37,064 nucleotides of DNA from a virus (IMGVR_UViG_3300031452_000012:1-37064), one strand, 5' to 3'; shown: positions 17,439 through 25,732, counted from the first letter of the stretch. Program-made: numbers and translations. Notes: generated from the sequence alone by a model not told the origin.

Positions 17439-17683
17439 TTCACCGCCGCCTGCTCTCTTTCCTGCTGCGTTTACCTGACTGAGATCAATCTTGCCGACTT
17501 CGTGCGGCCCAGCTTACTCAGCACGCGGCTTTCGATGACCTCGTTGCGGATGTCATAAAGCCGCCGGACGTAGCCTTCCTCGGTATAAACGGCGTTGCTG
17601 AACCAGGCGGAAGCGGGAACGGAGGCCGCGCAAGAGCAGTCCGACGACGACGCCTAACATTCCCCGTGGAATACTTTGGCACG

Positions 17684-17720
17684 GGATGGGCCTCGACTCT
17701 TTCGGAGTCGAGGCCCATCC
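17684..17720. repeat. Perfect 16-bp inverted repeat
   Basis: GGATGGGCCTCGACTC-TTTCG-GAGTCGAGGCCCATCC. Confidence 0.9.
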
Positions 17721-17935
17721 TACTGCTTCCCCCCGCCGAACATCTTCCCAACAACAATGCCGAGGGCCTGCGCTTCGATCTGCGCCACCTTGTTGACGTT
17801 TTGCAGATAGGCGTCAAGCTGCACCTCGTCAAGCGATCCTATATCAACGCCCGGATAGAATCGCCCCATGACGGCAAAGGCAAAACCCCAGTCGTCGCCG
17901 CCCGCCTTTGCATCGGACGGCGACTTTCTCAAAAA
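17720..17935 (-). CDS. Tail assembly chaperone, frameshifted T portion
   Basis: -1 frame open across the G stop (FLRKSPSDAK..MFGGGKQ); position between tube and tape measure. Confidence 0.7.
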   Translation of the reverse strand, partial: FLRKSPSDAKAGGDDWGFAFAVMGRFYPGVDIGSLDEVQLDAYLQNVNKVAQIEAQALGIVVGKMFGGGKQ

Positions 17936-18501
17936 CGGCGGACGAGCGGACGATTGCCGGGGTGGGTGAAGATTTTGCAGAGAACGGCCAGGAACCTGTC
18001 GAGGTCCAGATCGTCTTCGATGTCGGCGTCGACGATGTCCGGGTGGCGGCGCGACAGCGCGAGCACGACGAGCGGCGTCATGGCCGCCGCAGACTCCTCG
18101 CTGATGTTGATTGCGAGCGCGTCCATTCCGTCCTGGACCGAGGCTGCTTCCGTGGGATCGCCCTCGGCCCCCCCGCGCGCCCGTACCCGGTTCATCACGT
18201 CCGCCACCTCGGTCGCGCCCATACGCCCCGTCTCGGCGGCGGCGAAGGCCAGGCTGACCAAAAGGTCCGGGCACTGGCCGATCAGCTCCCCGACCCTGCC
18301 GAGCTTGCTGACCGGGAAGGCGGCGACCTCGTAGCTCTTGCCGCCGATCTCAACGGTGTTCCCCTCGCCGAGCATAACGGAGAGCGGAACGGGAGTGATT
18401 TTCTCGCTTCTGTCTTCGGATGTCGGCGCGTCCTGTTCGGCGCGCGTCTTCCTGCGTTCGTCTCGCCGCTTCTGGGCGTCTGCTGTCTGCTCTTCGCTCA
18501 T
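17929..18501 (-). CDS. Tail assembly chaperone G
   Basis: Follows tail tube; VEIGGKSYEV motif; ends CGT TTT TGA. Confidence 0.8.
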   Translation of the reverse strand: MSEEQTADAQKRRDERRKTRAEQDAPTSEDRSEKITPVPLSVMLGEGNTVEIGGKSYEVAAFPVSKLGRVGELIGQCPDLLVSLAFAAAETGRMGATEVADVMNRVRARGGAEGDPTEAASVQDGMDALAINISEESAAAMTPLVVLALSRRHPDIVDADIEDDLDLDRFLAVLCKIFTHPGNRPLVRRF

Positions 18502-18511
18502 TCATTTCTCC

Positions 18512-18528
18512 TGTCGCCAATTGGGGAC
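18512..18528. promoter_or_regulatory. CCAATTGGGGA motif copy 2
   Basis: TGTCGCCAATTGGGGAC abutting the GGAG RBS of the 18501 gene. Confidence 0.55.
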
Positions 18529-18530
18529 AC

Positions 18531-18573
18531 TATTGTTCTCGCCTACGGGTTATTGTTCTCGTCTACGGGTTAT
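18531..18573. repeat. Tandem repeat 20 bp x2 over tube stop codon
   Basis: TATTGTTCTCGYCTACGGGT. Confidence 0.9.
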
Positions 18574-19942
18574 GGAACGCGGTGACGGAGTTGACGGGCA
18601 CCGCCGTCAGCGGCAGGCCGAACGTGGTCACGGCGGCCAAAGATTTGGAATTGCGGACGCGAATCTGGAGATCGGTCCCCGAAACCGCGTCGACGTAGGA
18701 CTGCACGCTGATTTTCTGCATGATCTCCTGCTCGCCCTCGACCGGCTGGCCGACGGCGGTGTAGGAGCATGCCGGGAAGATGACCTCGATCTGGTTTTGG
18801 AAGCCGGCCGCGTTGAGGGGCATGTTCAACAGCAGGGACAGCGGCACGATCATCACGCCGCTCGTCGCCCCGTAGGGCAGGGCCGCCCCCTGCGCCTGGC
18901 CCATGTAGCGCTGAAGCTCGGCCTCCGTCGAGAAGTAGAGGTCCACCTCGCCCGAATGCTCCGAGCGCCCGAGGATGTGGGACGTGCCGCCGCGCTGGCC
19001 GAGCAGCCCGCGCCGCAGCTTCTGGCCGCGCTTCAGCTTCAGGTCGCAGGTCTTGGAGTCGGCGGACAGGGTGCCCGCGATCCTCAGCACGGCGTCCTCG
19101 GGCGAGGGCGGCAGCAGCGTGTCGAACGCGGCGGTGTCAAGCCCCAAATCGCTTTCCTGGGCGTACATGATCTGGTTGAGATGCCCCGTGTCCAGGCTGA
19201 AGGTGACGACGTCGGACGAGTCCGGGTCGGCCTTGATGTTGATGCCGATGATGCGCGTGCCGGGGAAGCAAAAGAAGGACGATCCGCGCCGCTCGTTCAT
19301 GGTCCCGGTGAACTGGTCGAAGCCGTCGGTCCATAGAAGGTCGCTGTAACCGGGCGAGGCGGCGACGGCGGGCGGCCCGGCGGCGGCGACGACGGCGGGC
19401 GTCACCGTGATGGCGGGGGCACCGAGGAACGCGCACAGCGGCCCGGTGATGCTCTCGGGGCACGGCTCCACATTGATGCCGCTGCCCGTGATCGTCGCCT
19501 TGCCGTTGATGGCCCCGGTGAGGCCGACGTTGTTGCGGAGGCTCTTGCGCTTGATCTGCTCAAGCTCCATGTTGGGCGAACCCGAAACGCGGTCGAGCAG
19601 CGCCTGCGCCTTGACGGGCTGGCCCTCGACGGCCTCCAGGCCGAAGCCCATCTTGGAGCGGATGCCGGTGTTCGTGTTCTGGATCGTGGTAGACATGTTG
19701 GGGTCCCTTGTAAACGTGGAGAAGGCGGGCCAGGGGGCGCGGGCATAGACGAGCGGCGACCAGGCGGAGTACAGGCCGCTTGCGCCGTCCAGCCGCCGGG
19801 CCTTGTAGATGTAAAGCTGGAACGGCAGGACCGGGCTGTCGAGCGCGGTCTCCCCGCCGGCCCCGTCCGCCACGGTCGTCAGCAGCGAAAAGTCGTCATC
19901 GCTGACGCCGGTTTTCGAGCGCCAGATTTCGATGGTGGACAT
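18563..19942 (-). CDS. Major tail tube protein, probable second start at 19696
   Basis: SKMGFGLEAVEG, GEVDLYF, IEVIFPAC..VEGEQEIMQKI tube-like motifs; position. Confidence 0.8.
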   Translation of the reverse strand: MSTIEIWRSKTGVSDDDFSLLTTVADGAGGETALDSPVLPFQLYIYKARRLDGASGLYSAWSPLVYARAPWPAFSTFTRDPNMSTTIQNTNTGIRSKMGFGLEAVEGQPVKAQALLDRVSGSPNMELEQIKRKSLRNNVGLTGAINGKATITGSGINVEPCPESITGPLCAFLGAPAITVTPAVVAAAGPPAVAASPGYSDLLWTDGFDQFTGTMNERRGSSFFCFPGTRIIGINIKADPDSSDVVTFSLDTGHLNQIMYAQESDLGLDTAAFDTLLPPSPEDAVLRIAGTLSADSKTCDLKLKRGQKLRRGLLGQRGGTSHILGRSEHSGEVDLYFSTEAELQRYMGQAQGAALPYGATSGVMIVPLSLLLNMPLNAAGFQNQIEVIFPACSYTAVGQPVEGEQEIMQKISVQSYVDAVSGTDLQIRVRNSKSLAAVTTFGLPLTAVPVNSVTAFHNP

Positions 19943-19959
19943 GGTGCACCTTCGTGGCT

Positions 19960-20463
19960 TCAGCCAAGCGCAACGGTGTGGTCTTCCGCCTGATGGTCTG
20001 ATGCCTGATTTTCTTCGGCTTGATTTTCTTCGGCTTGATTTTCTTCGGGCTGCGCTGTATCCTCGGCGGGCTTGTGATCCTCAGCGGGCCGTGCTTTATC
20101 CTCAGCGGGCCGTGCTTTATCCTCAGCGGGCCGTGCTTTATCCTCAGCGGGCCGTGCTTTATCCTCAGCGGGCCGTGCTTTATCCTCAGCGGGCTGTGCT
20201 TTATCCTCAGCGGGCTGTGCTTTATCCTCAGCGGGCTGTGCTTTATCCTCAGTCGCTTCCACTGGCGGCAGGCTGTAGACGCGGCAGACGCCGTCTTCCA
20301 CGAGCCGCGCGGCGAGGGCGGGCGACACGTCCCCGGCAGGGTCCACGCTCACGGTGAGCGGCTTGCCGGGTGTCAGCGAAACAGTCTCGTTGTCGTTTTG
20401 GATGTTGCCGCCGCTGTCTTCGCGGCTATACATGATCTGGGTGCCGGGCGTGATGGGCTGCAT
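19960..20463 (-). CDS. Hypothetical virion-module protein with repeat tail
   Basis: AAAGG RBS; EDKA(Q/R)PA x8 and EENQA x3. Confidence 0.7.
   Translation of the reverse strand: MQPITPGTQIMYSREDSGGNIQNDNETVSLTPGKPLTVSVDPAGDVSPALAARLVEDGVCRVYSLPPVEATEDKAQPAEDKAQPAEDKAQPAEDKARPAEDKARPAEDKARPAEDKARPAEDKARPAEDHKPAEDTAQPEENQAEENQAEENQASDHQAEDHTVALG
20006..20048. repeat. In-frame repeat 15 bp x~3
   Basis: TGATTTTCTTCGGCT. Confidence 0.95.
20077..20252. repeat. In-frame repeat 21 bp x8.4
   Basis: ATCCTCAGCGGGCYGTGCTTT; 5 C-variant then 3 T-variant copies. Confidence 0.97.
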
Positions 20464-20492
20464 GGTGGAAACCTTTCAAATCGACACGAGGG

Positions 20493-20966
20493 TCAGGAAG
20501 TGCGGACACGGGAATAGAACTCGACGAATGTGACGGAGCGCCGGAAGCTGCCGCCCTTCTGGTACAGACTGGCCGGCTTTTTGAACCTACTGGTGCGCCA
20601 GAGCTGCGCCCCCGAGGGGTCCTGCCGGCACTGCATCAGCGCTTCCCGCACGGAGCGCGTCAGGCGGGCCAGTTTCTGCTTTGCGGCGGGGCTGCGGTCC
20701 TGCTCGCCGACATAGACCAGGGCGGCGAAATAGGTGACGTACTGCCGCGTTCCCGCGTCCCGCCCGCCGGTCGTCGCGTCTGCGTCCCCTTCGGCCAGGA
20801 GGTGCAGCGCAATCAGCGCCTGGCCGGGCTGGCAGGCGGCAGGGTCGTCGTCGAGGATGGCCCCGTCGTACAGCGGCCCGGCAGGCGGCACGGCAATCAG
20901 CGCAGGCGAGGCCGTCATCAGCGCGATGACGGCCTCCTGAATGTCCACAGCGGTCGTGAAGTCCAT
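20493..20966 (-). CDS. Probable tail terminator/completion protein
   Basis: Size and position upstream of tail tube. Confidence 0.6.
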   Translation of the reverse strand: MDFTTAVDIQEAVIALMTASPALIAVPPAGPLYDGAILDDDPAACQPGQALIALHLLAEGDADATTGGRDAGTRQYVTYFAALVYVGEQDRSPAAKQKLARLTRSVREALMQCRQDPSGAQLWRTSRFKKPASLYQKGGSFRRSVTFVEFYSRVRTS

Positions 20967-20973
20967 CGTTTAA

Positions 20974-21105
20974 CTCATCCCGGCAATCTAGCTCATCCCG
21001 GCAATCTAGCTCATCCCGGCAATCTAGCTCATCCCGGCAATCTAGCTCATCCCGGCAATCTAGCTCATCCCGGCAATCTAGCTCATCCCGGCAATCTAGC
21101 TCATC
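20974..21105. repeat. Tandem repeat 18 bp x7.3 at gene junction
   Basis: CTCATCCCGGCAATCTAG; minus strand reads ATG AGC TAG in each unit. Confidence 0.97.
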
Positions 21106-21641
21106 TGTGCCAGCAGCTTGTGCAGGTAGTCGTCGTCCATCGAAGCCGTCAGCCGTATTTCGTCTTCGGGCGTCAGCGACATGAATTCACGGACTGGAAT
21201 ACGCGCGGTCCCAAATTCATGGTCTGCCGCGTATTCCAGGTCCGTGCCGAGGGTCAGTGTGTCGCCCTGCTGCCGGAAGATGCTACCCTCGACGCCCGGC
21301 TCGCTGGCCGACGCCGCCGCCATCAGAGCGCCGGTGTCAATCAGGGGGCCGCTTTCGTGGTTCACCTTCCGCATCGCCCTCGACCAGGCCGTGATGTCCG
21401 GCCACTTGTCCGGCCGTCCGCCCTGCTCAAAGTTTTCGCGGATGCCCTCGCCTGCGATCTTCGCGCCTTCGGCCCCGAGCCACACCTGCGGGTTATCCAG
21501 CCCCAGCGCAAGGCCCGTCAGCTCCGTTTCCAGCTTGTCGCCGCCGAGAATGTCTAATCCAAGCATTTCTAATCCAAGCATTTCTAATCCAAGCATTTCT
21601 AATCCAAGCATTTCTAATCCAAGCATTCGCGGTTTTGTCAC
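21096..21641 (-). CDS. Virion morphogenesis protein (Mu gpG / tail S-like)
   Basis: NFEQGGRPDKW..LIDTGAL..GTDLEYAADHEFG..IPVREFM. Confidence 0.8.
   Translation of the reverse strand: MTKPRMLGLEMLGLEMLGLEMLGLEMLGLDILGGDKLETELTGLALGLDNPQVWLGAEGAKIAGEGIRENFEQGGRPDKWPDITAWSRAMRKVNHESGPLIDTGALMAAASASEPGVEGSIFRQQGDTLTLGTDLEYAADHEFGTARIPVREFMSLTPEDEIRLTASMDDDYLHKLLAQMS
21553..21627. repeat. In-frame repeat 15 bp x5 (MLGLE)
   Basis: TCTAATCCAAGCATT. Confidence 0.97.
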
Positions 21642-22009
21642 CAGGGATAAGCGATTACGGCGAGGTACACCAGCACGTCGGCGACCTGCTGCGGGTGAAG
21701 CGGGCTGCCGATGCGGTAGTCACGCCGCGCCCCCGCCGGGCCGAGAGAGACCCGCATATTCTCCTGCACGACGCCGACCGCCGCCGCGCCGAAGAAGAGG
21801 GCGAGCGGCGGCTTGGCCCCGGCACCGTCTTCGCCGGTCAGCCCCCCGATGATCGCCTTCACGTCCTGGTCCTGGAACGCCTTCAGCGGCAGCCCGGCGA
21901 CGTCAACGAGCAGTGCCCCGTCCACCCCGTACACGCTCGACCCGTACAGCATGACCTTCTGCGTGAACGTGTCCTGCGCGCGCTCCGCTTTGGCTTCGGG
22001 AGGTGTCAA
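21638..22009 (-). CDS. Probable head closure (stopper) protein
   Basis: 123 aa, neck position; TTG start with GGAGG. Confidence 0.55.
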   Translation of the reverse strand: MTPPEAKAERAQDTFTQKVMLYGSSVYGVDGALLVDVAGLPLKAFQDQDVKAIIGGLTGEDGAGAKPPLALFFGAAAVGVVQENMRVSLGPAGARRDYRIGSPLHPQQVADVLVYLAVIAYPW

Positions 22010-22065
22010 TTTAGTAGCAGCCTCCTCAATTTAGTAGCAGCCTCCTCAATTTAGTAGCAGCCTCC
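22006..22065. repeat. Tandem repeat 20 bp x3 at gene junction
   Basis: TCAATTTAGTAGCAGCCTCC. Confidence 0.97.
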
Positions 22066-22791
22066 GCCGAACGGCCTGCGCCGCGCCGTGTTCGCCTTAC
22101 GGATCACGGGCCGGGCATACGCATCCACTATCGCCAGAGGCACGACGCCCGGCGGCAGGATGACCTGGCTGTAATACTGGTTCGCCCAGCTCATCAGAAC
22201 CCCGACGTCCCCGAGCAGCATCGCGTCATTGGTCTTAAAGCTGAAGCTGCCGACTTTGAAATCCTCGGTCTTCGCCGGGTTCGCCGCCGGCACGACCAGA
22301 GACGCCGCCTGGTAGATCAGCGCCAGGCGCAGGTTCTGGGTGCTCGCCGGGTCCAGCCGCGCCCAGTCGCACGGGATGCGCCGAGCGGCCTCGACCTGGG
22401 CCGCGCCGAGGTAGGGCGCGGAGGCGACAAGCGAGTCGGGCCACTCATCGGCGGACACGCCCGCCAGCGCGCGCACGGCGTCCATGTCGTGCGACGCCTG
22501 GCCTGGGGCGGGAGGGCCGAGCACGGAGCCGCCCGCACCGACGGATGCGGGCGGCGTACTGACGGCGTAGGAGTCTATCACTGCGGGGTTAGTGACGAGC
22601 CTTGCCCGCAGCGCCCCGGTAAAGCCGTCCGGAAGGGCGAACGTGCCGAGGTACTGGCCCGCGCCCATCTCGACCAGGCCCGCCGCCGAGTAGGGGGCCG
22701 AGGGGACGCCGAGCGTGTCCACGGCCTGCGCCTCGACCGCCTGGCCCGCGAAGTCGGCCCCGAAGTTAAAGACTTGTGTGACTCTCGGCAC
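22051..22791 (-). CDS. Probable head-tail adaptor with extra N-terminal domain
   Basis: DAVRALAGV..LRLALIYQAA..EDFKVGSFSF adaptor-like pattern in C-terminal half. Confidence 0.6.
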   Translation of the reverse strand: MPRVTQVFNFGADFAGQAVEAQAVDTLGVPSAPYSAAGLVEMGAGQYLGTFALPDGFTGALRARLVTNPAVIDSYAVSTPPASVGAGGSVLGPPAPGQASHDMDAVRALAGVSADEWPDSLVASAPYLGAAQVEAARRIPCDWARLDPASTQNLRLALIYQAASLVVPAANPAKTEDFKVGSFSFKTNDAMLLGDVGVLMSWANQYYSQVILPPGVVPLAIVDAYARPVIRKANTARRRPFGGGCY

Positions 22792-22794
22792 TGT

Positions 22795-23349
22795 TCAGCC
22801 TTTCAGGGCCAGCCAGATGTCGTTAGGCGAACACGGCACGTACTGGGCGCGGAGCCAGTACGGCAGGAACGCGCCGCCCGCTTCCAAGACCGCCTTGACG
22901 AACACGGAGCAGATGCGGGCCTTCCCCTTCCGCGCCCACCGCAGCCAGGGCGCGGGCAAAAGGCACGGGCTGATGTCGTGCAGGCCGATAAGCGCGTCCG
23001 TTCCCCAGGCATACCGGATGTAACGACAGGACAGGGCGGCCTCCTCGGCCCCCCGCGCGTCGGCCAGCGGCACGCGCACACGCCACCAATAGTCATCGGC
23101 CATGTCGCGGCGTGAATGCCAACCCGCGCCGGTCATCTCGTACAGCCACGGGCGGGGCCACTCCGGCGGGTCTACGGCCGCAAGTATGACGGCCACGTGG
23201 GAGGGCACGTCCGAGAGCGCCTGCCCCTTGCGGCGGCAGACGGCGCGGGTCAGCAGGTCATACCAGGCCCGCCCCCGGTAGAAGCAGACGACCGCGACGC
23301 CCGGTTGCGTTGTTTCACCGGCGACGCCCGGCAGCAACGTGTCACCCAA
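22795..23349 (-). CDS. Permuted papain-like (NlpC/P60) amidase
   Basis: His (SHVAV) before Cys (ICSVFV), with YAW and terminal SPNDI. Confidence 0.7.
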   Translation of the reverse strand: MGDTLLPGVAGETTQPGVAVVCFYRGRAWYDLLTRAVCRRKGQALSDVPSHVAVILAAVDPPEWPRPWLYEMTGAGWHSRRDMADDYWWRVRVPLADARGAEEAALSCRYIRYAWGTDALIGLHDISPCLLPAPWLRWARKGKARICSVFVKAVLEAGGAFLPYWLRAQYVPCSPNDIWLALKG

Positions 23350-23746
23350 TCTGCACCACCTGCGCTGACTGAAAAAACGGCACCATCACGGGCTTGCCCT
23401 GCGCATCCACCTGGGGCGTCTCGTCCGGGCTAACGCCGGGCGTGTCCTTGACGTTCTGCGCCAGATAGGTCAAGGCCGCTTCCGTCGCCGCGTCGTAGCC
23501 ACCGGCCTGCACCGGGAAAGCCATGACCTGCGCGTACAAGGCCGGGTCGATGGACATGTGGTGCTGGCCCCCCTGAACGGGCGTGTCCCCGGCGGCAAGC
23601 GCGGCGGGCGAGTGATAGGCTACCCAGTCCACGCCGCCCGTCTTGTCCAGGTTGTCCATGATGACCGTGCCGGGGAGCCACACGGCGGCGGGGTGATTAT
23701 CACCGGCAGGGTCTTGGAACGGCATGGCGAGAGCGTTGATGGACAT
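23342..23746 (-). CDS. Hypothetical protein
   Basis: 134 aa in operon, overlaps next start. Confidence 0.7.
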   Translation of the reverse strand: MSINALAMPFQDPAGDNHPAAVWLPGTVIMDNLDKTGGVDWVAYHSPAALAAGDTPVQGGQHHMSIDPALYAQVMAFPVQAGGYDAATEAALTYLAQNVKDTPGVSPDETPQVDAQGKPVMVPFFQSAQVVQIG

Positions 23747-23756
23747 GAATACGCCT

Positions 23757-23851
23757 TAGTTTCCGACCGTCCTAGTTTCCGACCGTCCTAGTTTCCGACC
23801 GTCCTAGTTTCCGACCGTCCTAGTTTCCGACCGTCCTAGTTTCCGACCGTC
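23757..23851. repeat. Tandem repeat 16 bp x~6 over stop codon
   Basis: TAGTTTCCGACCGTCC. Confidence 0.97.
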
Positions 23852-24771
23852 GCCCCGGTGCTGTCAGAGTATCCCACAACAATTCCGCCCGAGACATGGA
23901 TGCCGGTATTCGTGGTCGGTATCGTGCCGGTATAGCCAGGCGTGTCGGTCGTGCCGGAGCGGACGCCGAACCCCTGCGCGTATGCCTTGCCCGCCGCCGT
24001 CGTGTGGCTCAAAACCGTGCCGGTGCTGGTCTGTAACTGCTCTGCGTCGGCGGTCTGGCCGGATGCCTCTACAATCACCACCCCGGCGACAGACGGCGAC
24101 GGGCAAGTTCGCTGGAAAGGCCCGGCGTTGACAACCCGGAATGCCTCTGACCATGCACTACCGTTCCAAGTAGAAAAAACTAAATCATTGCTTATTGCAG
24201 CGCCCGGCACGTTCAATCCGAAAGACGTTGCCGCAGATGGGGTGCTGTCTTTGTAGACTTCAATATCAGCCCCATTATTGGTTCCTGGGGCCGAACTAGG
24301 AAGCACTGTTAAGTTCTGCCCGACTTCTAAACCGTGATACGTCTGATATGCAGACGGGGCAGGATTGTAAAACACGCCTCTGCCTAAAGCGTCTATTTTA
24401 GCAAACGAGGTAGCACCCTGTTTCACCCGCACCGCATTCCCCGTCGCCCCGCTCGGCATCGTCACGCTGATGCCGTTCTCCGCCGCGCCGCTCGGGTTGA
24501 CACTCAGCCGCGAACCCGCGTCCACGGCCCCGCCCACGGCCATCTGACTGCCGTTCGTGCCGTAGGGCAGCGTCACGGGCGTCCAGGCGAAGCCCCCGAC
24601 GGGTAGGGCGATGGAGGCGGGCACTTGGCTGGGGCCATTAGGCTTGGGCACGGGCGCGCCGACGCTGCTGGCCCTTGCCTGCGAGGGGAGGGCCAGCAGC
24701 AGCGAGAGGGCGGCAAGCGACGCCATGAGGGGCGCTATTCTGAGTTGCTTAGGTCTGAGTTGTCTGAGCAT
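23836..24771 (-). CDS. Fibre/decoration-like beta-rich protein with signal-peptide-like N-terminus
   Basis: Basic-hydrophobic-ARA leader; Gly/Ser/Thr-rich; TWNGSAWSE motif; AAGGA RBS. Confidence 0.65.
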   Translation of the reverse strand: MLRQLRPKQLRIAPLMASLAALSLLLALPSQARASSVGAPVPKPNGPSQVPASIALPVGGFAWTPVTLPYGTNGSQMAVGGAVDAGSRLSVNPSGAAENGISVTMPSGATGNAVRVKQGATSFAKIDALGRGVFYNPAPSAYQTYHGLEVGQNLTVLPSSAPGTNNGADIEVYKDSTPSAATSFGLNVPGAAISNDLVFSTWNGSAWSEAFRVVNAGPFQRTCPSPSVAGVVIVEASGQTADAEQLQTSTGTVLSHTTAAGKAYAQGFGVRSGTTDTPGYTGTIPTTNTGIHVSGGIVVGYSDSTGATVGN

Positions 24772-24780
24772 CTCGGTTCC

Positions 24781-25173
24781 TTACGCGATGAGGGTCCAGG
24801 CCGCATTGCCGGTGTTTTCGATTGTCAGCGACTCGCCCGGCTGCAAAACATACGTCTGGGCGGGCGCGGGGTTCAGGGCCGAGACAGGCCCGGAAATCGT
24901 CTCGCCGCTCTGGGCCGAGACCGTCAGGTTGGCCGTCGAGCCGTTGTCGTTTGAGACCGACAGGATGACGCCTCGCCCGGCCTGGTTGGCAGTAAACAGG
25001 AAATCCGTCGTCGCCGCCGTCAGTGTCCGGTGGACGATCACCTGGTCGATGGTCGCGGGCGGCACGGCCAGCGGCGCGGCCAGCGTGTTGCCGGCCTGCT
25101 GAGAGGTGAGGAGCTGGAGCCGCGTGGCGGCGGGCGTGGATTTTATGTAGGTCATAGGACTGCCATATTTCAT
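24781..25173 (-). CDS. Hypothetical virion protein (start 25173 or 25155)
   Basis: In operon; LTVSAQSGETISG..YVLQPGESLTI beta pattern. Confidence 0.7.
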   Translation of the reverse strand: MKYGSPMTYIKSTPAATRLQLLTSQQAGNTLAAPLAVPPATIDQVIVHRTLTAATTDFLFTANQAGRGVILSVSNDNGSTANLTVSAQSGETISGPVSALNPAPAQTYVLQPGESLTIENTGNAAWTLIA

Positions 25174-25207
25174 TGGTTAGGTCATAGGACTGCCATATTT
25201 CATTGGT
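25148..25207. repeat. Tandem repeat 30 bp x2 at gene junction
   Basis: TAGGTCATAGGACTGCCATATTTCATTGGT; holds upstream TGA and downstream ATGs. Confidence 0.95.
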
Positions 25208-25721
25208 CCGGGGGCTTATCGGCGCTGGCGGCGGGCGTCTTCGCCGCCGCCAGTGCCTTCGCCACGGCGGCGTCCACAATGCCCTGCTGGCCGGACTTGC
25301 CCGCCTCGGCCTGCTTCGCCAGGGCCTGCGACACGATCCTCTGGACGTCCTCTTCGGTGTAGCCGGACGGCGCTCCGTCCCCGGCCTGCCCCTGGGCCGA
25401 GGTCTGCCCCACCAGCGCGGCGAGGTCCTTCAGGGACACCTTCTCATCGCCTGCGGGCTTGTTGTCCGGGTTGTCGATGTGGTCCGGGTGGGACGGGTCG
25501 TTCCTGGGCGTGCCCGAAAAGTCCGGCACTTCTTCCAGGATGCCCTCGCGGATTTTATCCTTGATGTAGGCGTTCTGGGCGACCTGGAAGGCGACGGGCT
25601 TGCCGTCCTTGCCCGCCGTGATCACCACGTCCGGCCCGTGCGGGTGGGCGGGGTCGTTGTCGGTGCAGATGGCCTGCGAGAAGGCGGCGGTCAGAGCGAC
25701 CAAGATCATTTTAACGGCCAT
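25200..25721 (-). CDS. Hypothetical protein after major capsid
   Basis: GGAG RBS; 173 aa. Confidence 0.7.
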   Translation of the reverse strand: MAVKMILVALTAAFSQAICTDNDPAHPHGPDVVITAGKDGKPVAFQVAQNAYIKDKIREGILEEVPDFSGTPRNDPSHPDHIDNPDNKPAGDEKVSLKDLAALVGQTSAQGQAGDGAPSGYTEEDVQRIVSQALAKQAEAGKSGQQGIVDAAVAKALAAAKTPAASADKPPDQ

Positions 25722-25732
25722 GTGTTTTCTCC

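Noticed and set aside
17936-18274. 5' part of track ORF 17720-18274 as an independent gene
   Set aside because: Overlaps chaperone G out of frame; only the 3' part looks real, reached by frameshift
20974-21105. Arrays (also 23757, 27446, 32646) as CRISPR
   Set aside because: Units are head-to-tail with no unique spacers, and no cas genes are present
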